The translations under genes and the position numbers were made by a program. A DNA stretch of 64,000 bases from Myxococcota bacterium (GTDB taxonomy: Bacteria; Myxococcota_A; UBA9160; SMWR01), in the NCBI GenBank assembly GCA_050618055.1, contig JBNLVK010000248.1, positions 5,788 through 69,787 on the forward strand, written 5' to 3'. Below the pieces are notes generated by a model. That model was not told the DNA's origin, searched no databases, and saw only the letters and a list, made by a program, of their open reading frames with translations. Shown here one piece after another: positions 28,747 to 36,612 of this stretch (position 1 is its first letter; each line of letters begins with the position of its first letter).

Positions 28747-28762
28747 TGCCGGTATGCTGCCA
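28747..28762 (-). promoter_or_regulatory. Possible sigma-54 (-24/-12) promoter upstream of the GspE-led operon
   Basis: Minus strand reads TGGCAGCATACCGGCA versus consensus TGGCAC-N5-TTGCA. GG and GC have the correct 10-nt spacing. It lies about 100 nt upstream of GTG 28646. This is a single weak match, and no enhancer-binding protein gene was seen. Confidence 0.25.
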
Positions 28763-28766
28763 GCCC

Positions 28767-29420
28767 GTGAGCCCCGCCAACACGACTCCCGCCCCTGCGC
28801 GCCTCGACGCCCCCACCCTCGCGCGGGCGCGCCGCCACCTGATGCGCCGCGACCCGAAGCTGGCGGAGATCTGCCGCGAGGTGGGCGCCTGCTCGATGGA
28901 GCAGCGGGGCGATCCCTACCGGGCGCTGGTGCGCTCGGTGGTCTTCCAGCAGCTGGCCGGAAGCGCGGCCCGCGCCATCGACGCCCGGCTGCGCGCGCCG
29001 CACCGGGGTCGCTACCCGAAGCCGGCCGACCTGCTGGCGCTGCGCACCGCCGACCTGCGCAAGGCGGGCCTTTCGCGCCAGAAGATCGCCGCCGTGCGCG
29101 CGGTCGCCGAGGCGTTCGACTCGGGCGAGCTCGACAACCGGAGGCTGCGGCGCATGGACGACGACGCGGTGGTGGAGGCCGTCACCCGGGTGAAGGGCAT
29201 CGGCACCTGGACCGCCCACATGCTGCTGATGTTCTCGCTGGGGCGGCCCGACGTGCTGCCGGTGGGCGACTACGGCGTGCGCAAGGGCGCCATGCTGCTC
29301 TACGGCCTGCCGGAGCTGCCGAAGGCCGACGCGCTCGGCGCGCTGGCCGAGCCCTGGCGCCCCTACCGGAGCGTCGCGTCCTGGTACCTGTGGCGCGCGA
29401 CCGAGACGATCACGCCGTAG
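28767..29420 (+). CDS. DNA-3-methyladenine glycosylase II-like (HhH-GPD, AlkA C-terminal-domain type)
   Basis: In-frame GTG at 28767 (alternative GTG 28731). Blocks VVFQQLAGSAARAI, HhH VKGIGTWTAHMLLMFSLGRPD, catalytic Asp LPVGDYGVRKG, WRPYRSVASWYLW. Confidence 0.85.
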   Translation: MSPANTTPAPARLDAPTLARARRHLMRRDPKLAEICREVGACSMEQRGDPYRALVRSVVFQQLAGSAARAIDARLRAPHRGRYPKPADLLALRTADLRKAGLSRQKIAAVRAVAEAFDSGELDNRRLRRMDDDAVVEAVTRVKGIGTWTAHMLLMFSLGRPDVLPVGDYGVRKGAMLLYGLPELPKADALGALAEPWRPYRSVASWYLWRATETITP

Positions 29421-29429
29421 CCCGAAGGG

Positions 29430-29804
29430 CTAGCGCGAGCAGGTCACTCCGGCCGGCTGGTAGAGGATCTTGTCGCCCTCGCCGTAGATGCAGCTGCCGC
29501 CCTTCTTGCGGGGCGCTGCGGGTGCCGCGTTCGGATCGGTCAGGCCCAGGCGGTCCATGCCCTTGTCGAGCTGGCGCTCGCGGTGCTGGTAGTACCGCTC
29601 GCTCTGCTCCTTCTGGTGCTCCTGCCACTCCCGGCGGGCCTGCTCCCGCTCCTCCCGGTAGCGCTCCTCACGCTCCTCCCGCTCCCATTCCTCCGCGTAG
29701 TTGCGGCGGCGGCTGCTGCGGGCGTCGGCGGGCTCGGGGAGCACGAAGGTGGCCACCACGACCAGTCCGAAGGCGACGCTGAGGGTTCGAAGAAACGTGT
29801 CCAT
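29430..29804 (-). CDS. Hypothetical small secreted protein: Glu/Arg-rich coil + C-terminal Cys-bracketed hairpin
   Basis: Signal/anchor MDTFLRTLSVAFGLVVVATFVL, then EEWEREEREERYREEREQARREWQEHQKEQ, ending in CIYGEGDKILYQPAGVTC (DUF4124-like). Confidence 0.55.
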   Translation of the reverse strand: MDTFLRTLSVAFGLVVVATFVLPEPADARSSRRRNYAEEWEREEREERYREEREQARREWQEHQKEQSERYYQHRERQLDKGMDRLGLTDPNAAPAAPRKKGGSCIYGEGDKILYQPAGVTCSR

Positions 29805-30000
29805 GGGGGGTCTCCCAAGGCAGTTGGGGTGAGTTTCCTACGTATCGCCCTGTGTCGCAGGTCACTGAAGGGGGAAACCCCGGGCCTGGCACGGTGCCCC
29901 CGCGGGGCGCTTGGGATGGCCTGAGGGAGCCGTACAAGGGAGGGCGGGCCACTACACTGCCGCAGTTCTGCCAACGGATGAGAGAGGTGAGGATCGAGGC

Positions 30001-30828
30001 ATGAAGTCGACGCCGCTGCGCACCCTGGGAACGCTCCTCTGCCTGCTGGCCTGGGTCGCCTGCGGCGACCACGAGCACGCCGGTCACGCCGGTCACACGA
30101 ACCCCATGCCCGCAGCCACCCACGACGCACCCATGGAGGACGGCGTCGCCGTGTTCTCCGAGCTGCCCGAGTTCGCGCTGGTGGACCAGGACGGCGCCCC
30201 CTACGACCGCACGTCGCTCACCCGCGCGATCACCGTCGCCGACTTCGTCTTCACGACGTGCCCCGACTTCTGTCCCCTGCTGACCAGCGCGATGGCGAAG
30301 CTCCAGAGGGAGCTGGCCGCCGACCCGACGCTGCGCGACGTGCGCCTGGTGAGCTTCAGCGTCGATCCCGAGACCGACACGCCGGAGGCCTTCACCGCGT
30401 ACGCCGGCCGCTACGACGCGGACCTGTCGCGCTGGAGCTTCGTCACCGGCGAGCGCCCGGCGCTGATCGAGCTGATCGAGAAGGGCTACAAGCTGCCCGT
30501 CATGAAGAACCCGGACGCCGAAGGGTCTCCGTTCCTGCACAGCGACCGGTTCGTGCTGACCGACACCCAGGGCCGCATCCGCGGCTACTACGCGGCGCTC
30601 GAGGACGAGGGGCGCGCGCAGCTGCTGGCCGACCTGCGCAGGCTGGCCGCCGCCGCGCCGTCCGCCGCCGCGCTCGAGCGCCCGGCCGACCGCGGCCCGG
30701 GTCAGTGGGCGGCGACGCGGGCGGTGAACGCGCGACGGACGATGGCGCAGCCCTCCGCATCGCCCTCGCAGATGCCGAACTTCGCGTGGCCGCCGAGGGT
30801 GGCCGCCTCCTCGCCGTCCAGCACGTAG
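30001..30828 (+). CDS. SCO1/SenC family copper chaperone / thiol-disulfide protein (lipoprotein)
   Basis: ATG 30001 with GAGG upstream. Lipobox LLCLLAWVAC, His-rich linker, CxxxC motif TTCPDFCP, conserved His in FLHSDRFVL. The last ~45 codons are low-complexity and overlap the convergent gene. Confidence 0.85.
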   Translation: MKSTPLRTLGTLLCLLAWVACGDHEHAGHAGHTNPMPAATHDAPMEDGVAVFSELPEFALVDQDGAPYDRTSLTRAITVADFVFTTCPDFCPLLTSAMAKLQRELAADPTLRDVRLVSFSVDPETDTPEAFTAYAGRYDADLSRWSFVTGERPALIELIEKGYKLPVMKNPDAEGSPFLHSDRFVLTDTQGRIRGYYAALEDEGRAQLLADLRRLAAAAPSAAALERPADRGPGQWAATRAVNARRTMAQPSASPSQMPNFAWPPRVAASSPSST

Positions 30829-31142
30829 TCGGCCCCGAACTCGAACGCGTCCCGGGTGTCCAGGAGGGCGGCGTCGCGGTGCTGCTCGGCCGGGTCGACG
30901 CGGCAGTCGGCGTTGGCGTCGAAGCGCAGCGAGACGGGCGCGTCGTCGGCCAGGTGCCAGTCGCCGCGGGTCTCGACGCGCACGCGCAGGCTTCCGTCGG
31001 TGCCTTCCGGACCCGGCCCGGTCCCGAGCCAGACCGCGAAGCGCGCTTCTTCGACGAGGAGCTGCGGTTCGCCGGCCGGCGTGGTCTCGCCGGCTCCGCA
31101 GGCGAGGGCGGCGAGTATGACGAGAAGGGCCGGGCGTCTCAC
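30702..31142 (-). CDS. Hypothetical lipoprotein
   Basis: Lipobox MRRPALLVILAALAC followed by a non-repetitive, non-Arg-rich sequence with 4 Cys. No family recognised. Its 3' end overlaps SCO1 by 127 nt. Confidence 0.5.
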   Translation of the reverse strand: MRRPALLVILAALACGAGETTPAGEPQLLVEEARFAVWLGTGPGPEGTDGSLRVRVETRGDWHLADDAPVSLRFDANADCRVDPAEQHRDAALLDTRDAFEFGADYVLDGEEAATLGGHAKFGICEGDAEGCAIVRRAFTARVAAH

Positions 31143-31373
31143 CCGCGCGCCGCCAGCCGGTCCGTCGACGAGGGGTCGGGCACCACGGCCGCGCAGTATA
31201 GCCCGGCGAGGGGTTCCACCCGCGCAGCCGTCGCCGGCGCGCCTGTGCCAGACTGGTCCGCGGAGACCCGCCGGCTACCGGCTGATCGAAGAGTGCGTCG
31301 GCTGGCTGGGCGCCCGGGCGATCCGGTGGGTGCTGCTCTTCGCGGAGGGAAAGCCGGTGAGGTCGGACGCGCG

Positions 31374-32318
31374 GTGAGCACGGCCACGATCCACTACCTC
31401 GTCCGCTCCGCCTACGCCTACACGCTGACGGAATGGATCGACTCCTATTCCGCCTGGAAGCCACGCATCCGGATCGTCCCCTACGAGAGCCTGGGCGGCT
31501 GGCTCGGCCCGGGCGTCTTCGTCTTCACGGACCTCGAGCGGCTCTCCCCGCCGCTCCGGCGCCGGGCGGCTGCGGTGCGCGAGGCCGCGATGCGGGCCGG
31601 GTGCCCGGTGCAGAACGATCCGCTGCGCTCGATGGGTCGCTTCGATCTCCAGCAGGTCCTGAGCAACGACTTCCGCGTCCACCGGGCGGAGGGCGGCGAC
31701 GCGAGCATGCTCTCCGACGTGCGCTTTCCGGTCTTCCTGCGCGACGAGGACGAGCACGGCGGACAGTCCGAGCTGATCCGCGACCGGACCCGCCTCGAAC
31801 GCGCGCTGGCCAAGCGTCCGGGCAGCCTGGTGGTCGAGTTCCTGGACACCTCCGACGCGAACGGCCTGTTTCGCAAGTACGCGGCCACGCGCATCGGCGA
31901 CGCGCTGTTCGCGCGCCACCTCTTCTACAACCGGCGCTGGAAGGTGCGCCAGGCGCGGGTCTTCGGCGAGGAGCTGGCCCGCGAGGAGCTCGACTACGTG
32001 CGCGACTTCCCGCACCGCGAAGAGGTCGCGGCGGCCTTCGAGAAGGCCCGCATCGAGTTCGGGCGCATCGACTACGCCTTCTACGAGGGCCGCCTCCCGA
32101 TCTGGGCGATCAACACCAACCCGCACCTGAAGACCGCCGTGCTCTCCACCAACGACCACGGCCGCGAAGCCCACGCGCTCGCCGACGCCTACGTCGACCG
32201 AGCCTTCGAGGCCCTGCTCGCGAAGGTCCCGGCCGACGCGGAGCGCGTCTGGTGCGGATCCCGCCTGCGCGCCGCGGCCGGCGCCATGCGAACGGGCCGC
32301 CCGCGCATCCGACGCTAG
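31374..32318 (+). CDS. Hypothetical protein, weak ATP-grasp-like pattern
   Basis: GTG 31374. Blocks FPVFLRDEDEHGG, SLVVEFLD, RKYAATRIGDALFARH and C-terminal GRIDYAFYEGRLPIWAINTNP resemble the ATP-grasp layout. Assignment is by eye only. Confidence 0.55.
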   Translation: MSTATIHYLVRSAYAYTLTEWIDSYSAWKPRIRIVPYESLGGWLGPGVFVFTDLERLSPPLRRRAAAVREAAMRAGCPVQNDPLRSMGRFDLQQVLSNDFRVHRAEGGDASMLSDVRFPVFLRDEDEHGGQSELIRDRTRLERALAKRPGSLVVEFLDTSDANGLFRKYAATRIGDALFARHLFYNRRWKVRQARVFGEELAREELDYVRDFPHREEVAAAFEKARIEFGRIDYAFYEGRLPIWAINTNPHLKTAVLSTNDHGREAHALADAYVDRAFEALLAKVPADAERVWCGSRLRAAAGAMRTGRPRIRR

Positions 32319-32340
32319 CGGCGCGGTATGGGGCGGCACG

Positions 32341-32538
32341 TGGCGTCCCCAACGGGAGTCGCTCCAGAGCGATGGAGGGGAAGCCGACATCGCGACGAAC
32401 GCCGCGTTGGGGAACCCATGTCGCCGCAGGGCAGCGGCAAGGCGTCCCCAACGGGAGTCGCTCCAGAGCGATGGAGGGGAAGCCGACATCGCGACGAACG
32501 CCGCGTTGGGGAACCCATGTCGCCGCAGGGCGGCGGCA
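32341..32538 (-). repeat. Two tandem 99-bp units (97/99 identical), each ending with a copy of the last ~20 nt of the adjacent tRNA-Glu
   Basis: Plus-strand ggcgtccccaacgggagtcg occurs at 32342, 32441 and 32540 (the tRNA itself), an exact 99-bp period. The units differ only at 32433/32532 (a/g) and 32440/32539 (a/t). Confidence 0.85.
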
Positions 32539-32614
32539 TGGCGTCCCCAACGGGAGTCGAACCCGTGTTGCCGCCTTGAAAGGGCGGAGTCCTAGGCCTC
32601 TAGACGATGGGGAC
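32539..32614 (-). tRNA. tRNA-Glu (anticodon UUC), CCA encoded
   Basis: Reverse complement is GTCCCCATCGTCTAGAGGCCTAGGACTCCGCCCTTTCAAGGCGGCAACACGGGTTCGACTCCCGTTGGGGACGCCA. Acceptor GTCCCCA/TGGGGAC; anticodon stem CCGCC/GGCGG with loop CTTTCAA; T arm ACGGG-TTCGACT-CCCGT. 76 nt, same layout as E. coli tRNA-Glu. Confidence 0.95.
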
Positions 32615-32766
32615 GCGACCGGGCTTCCGTCGCCTGCCAAGCGGCCTTGCGGGGCCGGGACAGGGTGGGGCGGCGCGGGCGGGCGAGGATAACGCGGGGC
32701 CGTTTCCGGGCCACCCCGCGGCGCCCCGGCCGTCGTAGGATGGGCGCGCGCAGGGAAGGAGCGGAC

Positions 32767-34542
32767 ATGTCGGGCTGGACGGGCTCGCGGGCGGTGCGCA
32801 CCGCCGCGGCGGCGCTTTGCGCGCTGGCCGTCACGGGGCTGGGCTGTGCGGGAAGCGGGCAGGGCCAGGGCAGCGGCGGACGCGTGGCCACCGGCTTCCC
32901 CGAGCGTGCCACGCTCGACCGGCTGGCCGCGGCGCCGGCGCCCGACGTGGCCGAGTTCACGCTGGGCTACCGGGACGCCGGCGAGTGGGACCTCTCCGGC
33001 CCGTTCCCGGACGTGGTCGACCTCAGCCCGCGAGAGGGCGACCTGCCCTGGGACGGGCTGGTCGACCGCATCGTCGCCTCGCGCGCCGGGCTGGTGGTGG
33101 CCAGCGAGGGCATGGAGTGCTTCGCCCGCGAGGCGGGGAGCTTCCTGGTGGAGCACGACGCGCTGCCCGGACTCGGCCTCCAGCGCTTCTTCGCCGGACG
33201 CTGCGGCGTCGCCACCGGCACCCCGCAGCTCTTCACGCTGAACTGGACGACGCCGGTTCCCTACTCGTTGGACCAGGCCATCGCCGAGCTGGACGAGCAG
33301 ATCGACGGTCACCTGCGCGAGCGCGTGGTGGGCGGTCCGCTCGACGTGGGCCTGTGGATGACCACCGGCGCCGACCGGGTCGACCTGGTGGTGGCCACCG
33401 GCAAGCGCCTGGTGCGCGTCGACCCGGTGCCGACCACGCCCCGCGACGGCCGCGTGGTGCTGCGGGGCGAGGTGCTCACCACGGCCCGCGGCATCGAGGC
33501 CCTGGTGACGCGCGGCCGCCTGGCCTGGAACGAGTGCGAGGCCGACGGGAACGTGCGGCTACCGCGCTTCGCGATCACCTGCCAGGTCGACCCGGACGAC
33601 CGCACCGCCTGGGTGAGCCTGGCGCTCTACCGCCACGGCTCGATCCTGGGACGCACCGCGCTGGAGGTGCTGGTCCGGCCCCGGGGCGACCCGGTGCGCG
33701 GCTACCGGCGCCACGCCTACACCGGGCCGCGACCCGTCGACGGTCCGGAGGCCATGTCGAGTGCCTTCCTCGAGGTGCTGAACGCGGTGCGCGGCGAGGC
33801 CGACGCGCCGCCGCTGGTCTACGAGGTGGAGCAGAGCGCGACGGCCACCGAGGTGGCGCCCCACTACTTCCAGGCGCTGATGGATCCGGCGGCGGAGCGG
33901 GCGGCCGAGGTGGTGGCGCTGGGCATGATGGCCGGCTGGGAGGTGGACGCGCTGGTGCAGGAGGGCCGCTTCACGTCGATGTGGCTGATCGAGAGCGGCG
34001 ACGTGGCCAGCATGCTCTCCGACGCCCTCGAGTTCCCGAGCGTGCGTCGCGCGCTTCTGGCGCCCGAGACGGCGCGCCTGGCGGTGGGTCCGCTGTCGAT
34101 CGAGGAGGAGGGCGTGCGCGCCATTGCGGCGATCGCCGCCACCTACCGCCTCTTCTCCGAGTCGGACCACCGCAAGCACGCCGCCTACGTCCACGACCGT
34201 CTGGCGGTGGCGCGGGTCGAGCGGAAGCGGCTGATCCCGCGCGAGATCGATCGGGTGCGCCCGCTGGCGCTGGACGCGGCGCGGCGGGTCCAGGCGGGGC
34301 TGGACCCGAAGCAGGCGCTGGGCGACTGGATCGAGGAGACGGTCCAGGTGCTCGGCCGCTCGGTCACCGGCTGGTACGCCGAGGTCCAGGACCTGGACGA
34401 GATCGTCTTCCCCGACAGCTTCCTCGACCCCCGGCGCCTGGAGGTCTCCATCTCGGTGGCCCTGCGGCGGCCGCCCGACGAGCCCTGGGGCCGCTACGTG
34501 GTGATGATGGTCGGCAGCGAGCCCGAGGCGCGCCGGCTCTAG
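32767..34542 (+). CDS. Hypothetical large lipoprotein
   Basis: ATG 32767 with strong RBS GGAAGGAG. Lipobox ALCALAVTGLGC. 591 aa of normal composition with no repeats. No family recognised. Confidence 0.7.
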   Translation: MSGWTGSRAVRTAAAALCALAVTGLGCAGSGQGQGSGGRVATGFPERATLDRLAAAPAPDVAEFTLGYRDAGEWDLSGPFPDVVDLSPREGDLPWDGLVDRIVASRAGLVVASEGMECFAREAGSFLVEHDALPGLGLQRFFAGRCGVATGTPQLFTLNWTTPVPYSLDQAIAELDEQIDGHLRERVVGGPLDVGLWMTTGADRVDLVVATGKRLVRVDPVPTTPRDGRVVLRGEVLTTARGIEALVTRGRLAWNECEADGNVRLPRFAITCQVDPDDRTAWVSLALYRHGSILGRTALEVLVRPRGDPVRGYRRHAYTGPRPVDGPEAMSSAFLEVLNAVRGEADAPPLVYEVEQSATATEVAPHYFQALMDPAAERAAEVVALGMMAGWEVDALVQEGRFTSMWLIESGDVASMLSDALEFPSVRRALLAPETARLAVGPLSIEEEGVRAIAAIAATYRLFSESDHRKHAAYVHDRLAVARVERKRLIPREIDRVRPLALDAARRVQAGLDPKQALGDWIEETVQVLGRSVTGWYAEVQDLDEIVFPDSFLDPRRLEVSISVALRRPPDEPWGRYVVMMVGSEPEARRL

Positions 34543-34564
34543 CGGGGCACGCTATACTTACCGC

Positions 34565-36019
34565 ATGGTAAGTAGCACGGCCCCCGCCGAGACCTCGGTC
34601 CCCCGGGCGCTGCCGGTCTGGGGCGTGGCTCGCGTCTGGCTGCGGCACCTGCTCTCGCTCTACATCCCGGCGGTCAGCCTGGGCTTCCTCTACACCGGGC
34701 CCCACGTCTGGTACCTGGCCATCCCCTGGATGTTCCCCCTCGTGGTGGCCCACCAGCTCGACTGCGCGCCCTGGTCCGAGCGGCGCCAGCCCGACGAGAC
34801 CCTGCCCGACTGGCCCTTCGACCTGCTGGTCTACGTGCTGGCCGGCCTCCAGCTCTGGATCGTGGCGGCGACCGTCGAGCTGTTCACGCGCCAGGCCGTC
34901 TTCTCGGTCGACATGGCCATGGTGCTGCTGCTGGTGGGTGGCGCCTCGGGCTTCTCGATCATCACCGCCCACGAGCTGATCCACCGCAAGCGCAAGGCCG
35001 AGCAGTGGCTCGGCCGGCTGCTGCTCTCGACCGTGCTCTACGAGCACTTCTACACCGAGCACCTGCGCGGTCACCACGTGCGCGTGGGCACGCCCGCCGA
35101 TCCGGCGACGGCGCGCTTCGGCGAGTCGTACGAGCCGTTCTTCCGCCGGACGGTGCCGGCCCAGTTCCGCAGCGCCTGGCGCCTCGAGGCCCGCCGCCTG
35201 GGCGACGAGGACATGCCGCTCCTCGACCCGCGCCACCTGCGCAACCGGGTGCTTCACGGGCTGGTCTTCGAGTGGGGCCTGGCCTTCGGCGTGCTCTTCG
35301 TGTTCGGCGTGCCGTCGTTCGTGGCCTTCCTGCTGCAGGCCTTCATGGCGGTGCGGCTGCTCGAGGCGGTGAACTACTTCGAGCACTGGGGCCTCCAGCG
35401 ACGCGCCGCCCGGGTGCGGCCGGTCGACTCGTGGGACACCCACAGCGCCTTCACCTACTACGGGCTGGTGGGGCTCTCGCGCCATGCCGACCACCACGCC
35501 TGGCCGGCGCGCCCCTACCCGCAGCTGCGCGTCTTCGACGAGGCGCCGCTGCTGCCCATCGGCTACGTGGGGCTGGTCGACCAGGTGATGGCCCAGAACC
35601 AGGAGTTCATGCACACGGCCACCGACGAGCTGGCGCGGCGCCGGCTGGGTCCGTTCACCCCGGAAGAGGGCGAGCCGACCACGCCGCTCGCCCGCGACGA
35701 GGCGCGCGCGAAGCTGGCCGAGGCCCAGCGCGCCGAGGCGTCGAAGAAGCCGGCGCGCAAGAGCCGCCTGCGGCTCTGGCACGTGCTGCTGGGGATCGTG
35801 CTCTTCACGGCGCTGGGGGCCCACCTGGAGAGCGGGGGCATGCCGTTGCTGGCCCGGGTGGCGCTGCACGGCTGGATCCTGGCGGTGGTGGCCCTGGTGA
35901 TCTGGATGCAGCGCCGCATCCGCGAGCACCTCGACTACGAAACCCTGGCCTTCGGCGTGGGCTTCGCGGTGATGATTGCACTGGGCCTGCTGACCGACGG
36001 GGTGCTGGCGGCCCTCTGA
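34565..36019 (+). CDS. AlkB-type integral-membrane diiron hydroxylase (alkane 1-monooxygenase / fatty-acid desaturase superfamily) with extra C-terminal TM region
   Basis: His boxes HELIHR, EHLRGHH and LSRHADHH in canonical order, plus NYFEHWGL. About 100 extra C-terminal residues with two hydrophobic segments. Confidence 0.85.
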   Translation: MVSSTAPAETSVPRALPVWGVARVWLRHLLSLYIPAVSLGFLYTGPHVWYLAIPWMFPLVVAHQLDCAPWSERRQPDETLPDWPFDLLVYVLAGLQLWIVAATVELFTRQAVFSVDMAMVLLLVGGASGFSIITAHELIHRKRKAEQWLGRLLLSTVLYEHFYTEHLRGHHVRVGTPADPATARFGESYEPFFRRTVPAQFRSAWRLEARRLGDEDMPLLDPRHLRNRVLHGLVFEWGLAFGVLFVFGVPSFVAFLLQAFMAVRLLEAVNYFEHWGLQRRAARVRPVDSWDTHSAFTYYGLVGLSRHADHHAWPARPYPQLRVFDEAPLLPIGYVGLVDQVMAQNQEFMHTATDELARRRLGPFTPEEGEPTTPLARDEARAKLAEAQRAEASKKPARKSRLRLWHVLLGIVLFTALGAHLESGGMPLLARVALHGWILAVVALVIWMQRRIREHLDYETLAFGVGFAVMIALGLLTDGVLAAL

Positions 36020-36069
36020 GCCGCTCCCGGCCCCTCAAGGGCCACGCCGGGCCGGCCGACCCAGCCTGC

Positions 36070-36612
36070 ATGGACCCGAAGACCGATCGCGGCAGCGCCG
36101 TCGACCTGCGCGACCTGCGGGCCGACGCCCACGCGCTGTCGGCCGAGGCCTTCGAGGACCGCCACGGCAGCGCCTTCCTGCTGCTCACGGCCGCCGAGCT
36201 CAGCGTGCCGTCCGGACCGTCCACCACCCAGGTGCGGCTGCTCGACGACGAGGAGCACCCGTGCGAGTCGACCGCCAGCCTTTCGCTGGTGGCCTTCCCG
36301 GTGCGCCGCACTGGCCGCTCGGTGGGCCACCTGGTGACGATCGGCCGCGCGTCGAACAACGACCTGGCCGTGCCCGACGTCAGCATCTCCCGCTTCCACG
36401 CCTTCCTGAAGGTGGGCGCGGACGGCGCGTGGCAGATCCAGGACGCAGGCTCGACCAACGGCACGACGGTGAACGGCGACCATGTCCCGCAGCAGGGCCA
36501 CGGAGCCGCCGTCTCGCTCAAGGCCGGCGACACCGTGCGCTTCGGTCAGGTGGAGCTCACGTTCCTGGGCGCGGCGGAGATGCAGGGCTTCGTGAAGAAG
36601 CTCGAGCGCTAG
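36070..36612 (+). CDS. FHA domain-containing protein
   Basis: FHA core VTIGRASNNDLAVPDVSISRFHAFL...IQDAGSTNGTTVNG...GDTVRFG. Confidence 0.85.
   Translation: MDPKTDRGSAVDLRDLRADAHALSAEAFEDRHGSAFLLLTAAELSVPSGPSTTQVRLLDDEEHPCESTASLSLVAFPVRRTGRSVGHLVTIGRASNNDLAVPDVSISRFHAFLKVGADGAWQIQDAGSTNGTTVNGDHVPQQGHGAAVSLKAGDTVRFGQVELTFLGAAEMQGFVKKLER

Noticed and set aside
29887-29902. Sigma-54-like TGGCACG upstream of SCO1.
   Set aside because: The -24 half is perfect, but the -12 position reads CCCC instead of TTGC (the G of the required GC dinucleotide at the correct spacing is missing), so it does not qualify.
32341-32538. Possible CRISPR array.
   Set aside because: There are only two full units, directly abutting with no unique spacers. 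The units are derived from the neighbouring tRNA, and no cas genes are present.
29430-32538. Genomic island integrated at the 3' end of tRNA-Glu.
   Set aside because: No integrase, excisionase, phage or conjugation genes are present. The flanking genes (SCO1, lipoproteins) look like ordinary chromosomal genes of the same GC character. Only the short att-like repeats remain.
32328-32579. 83-aa ORF with a duplicated 33-aa peptide (and its sister ORFs 32315..32539 and 32407..32595).
   Set aside because: The peptide repeat is simply the translation of the 99-bp tRNA-derived DNA repeat and runs into the tRNA gene. There is no RBS and the composition is Arg/Gly/Pro-rich.
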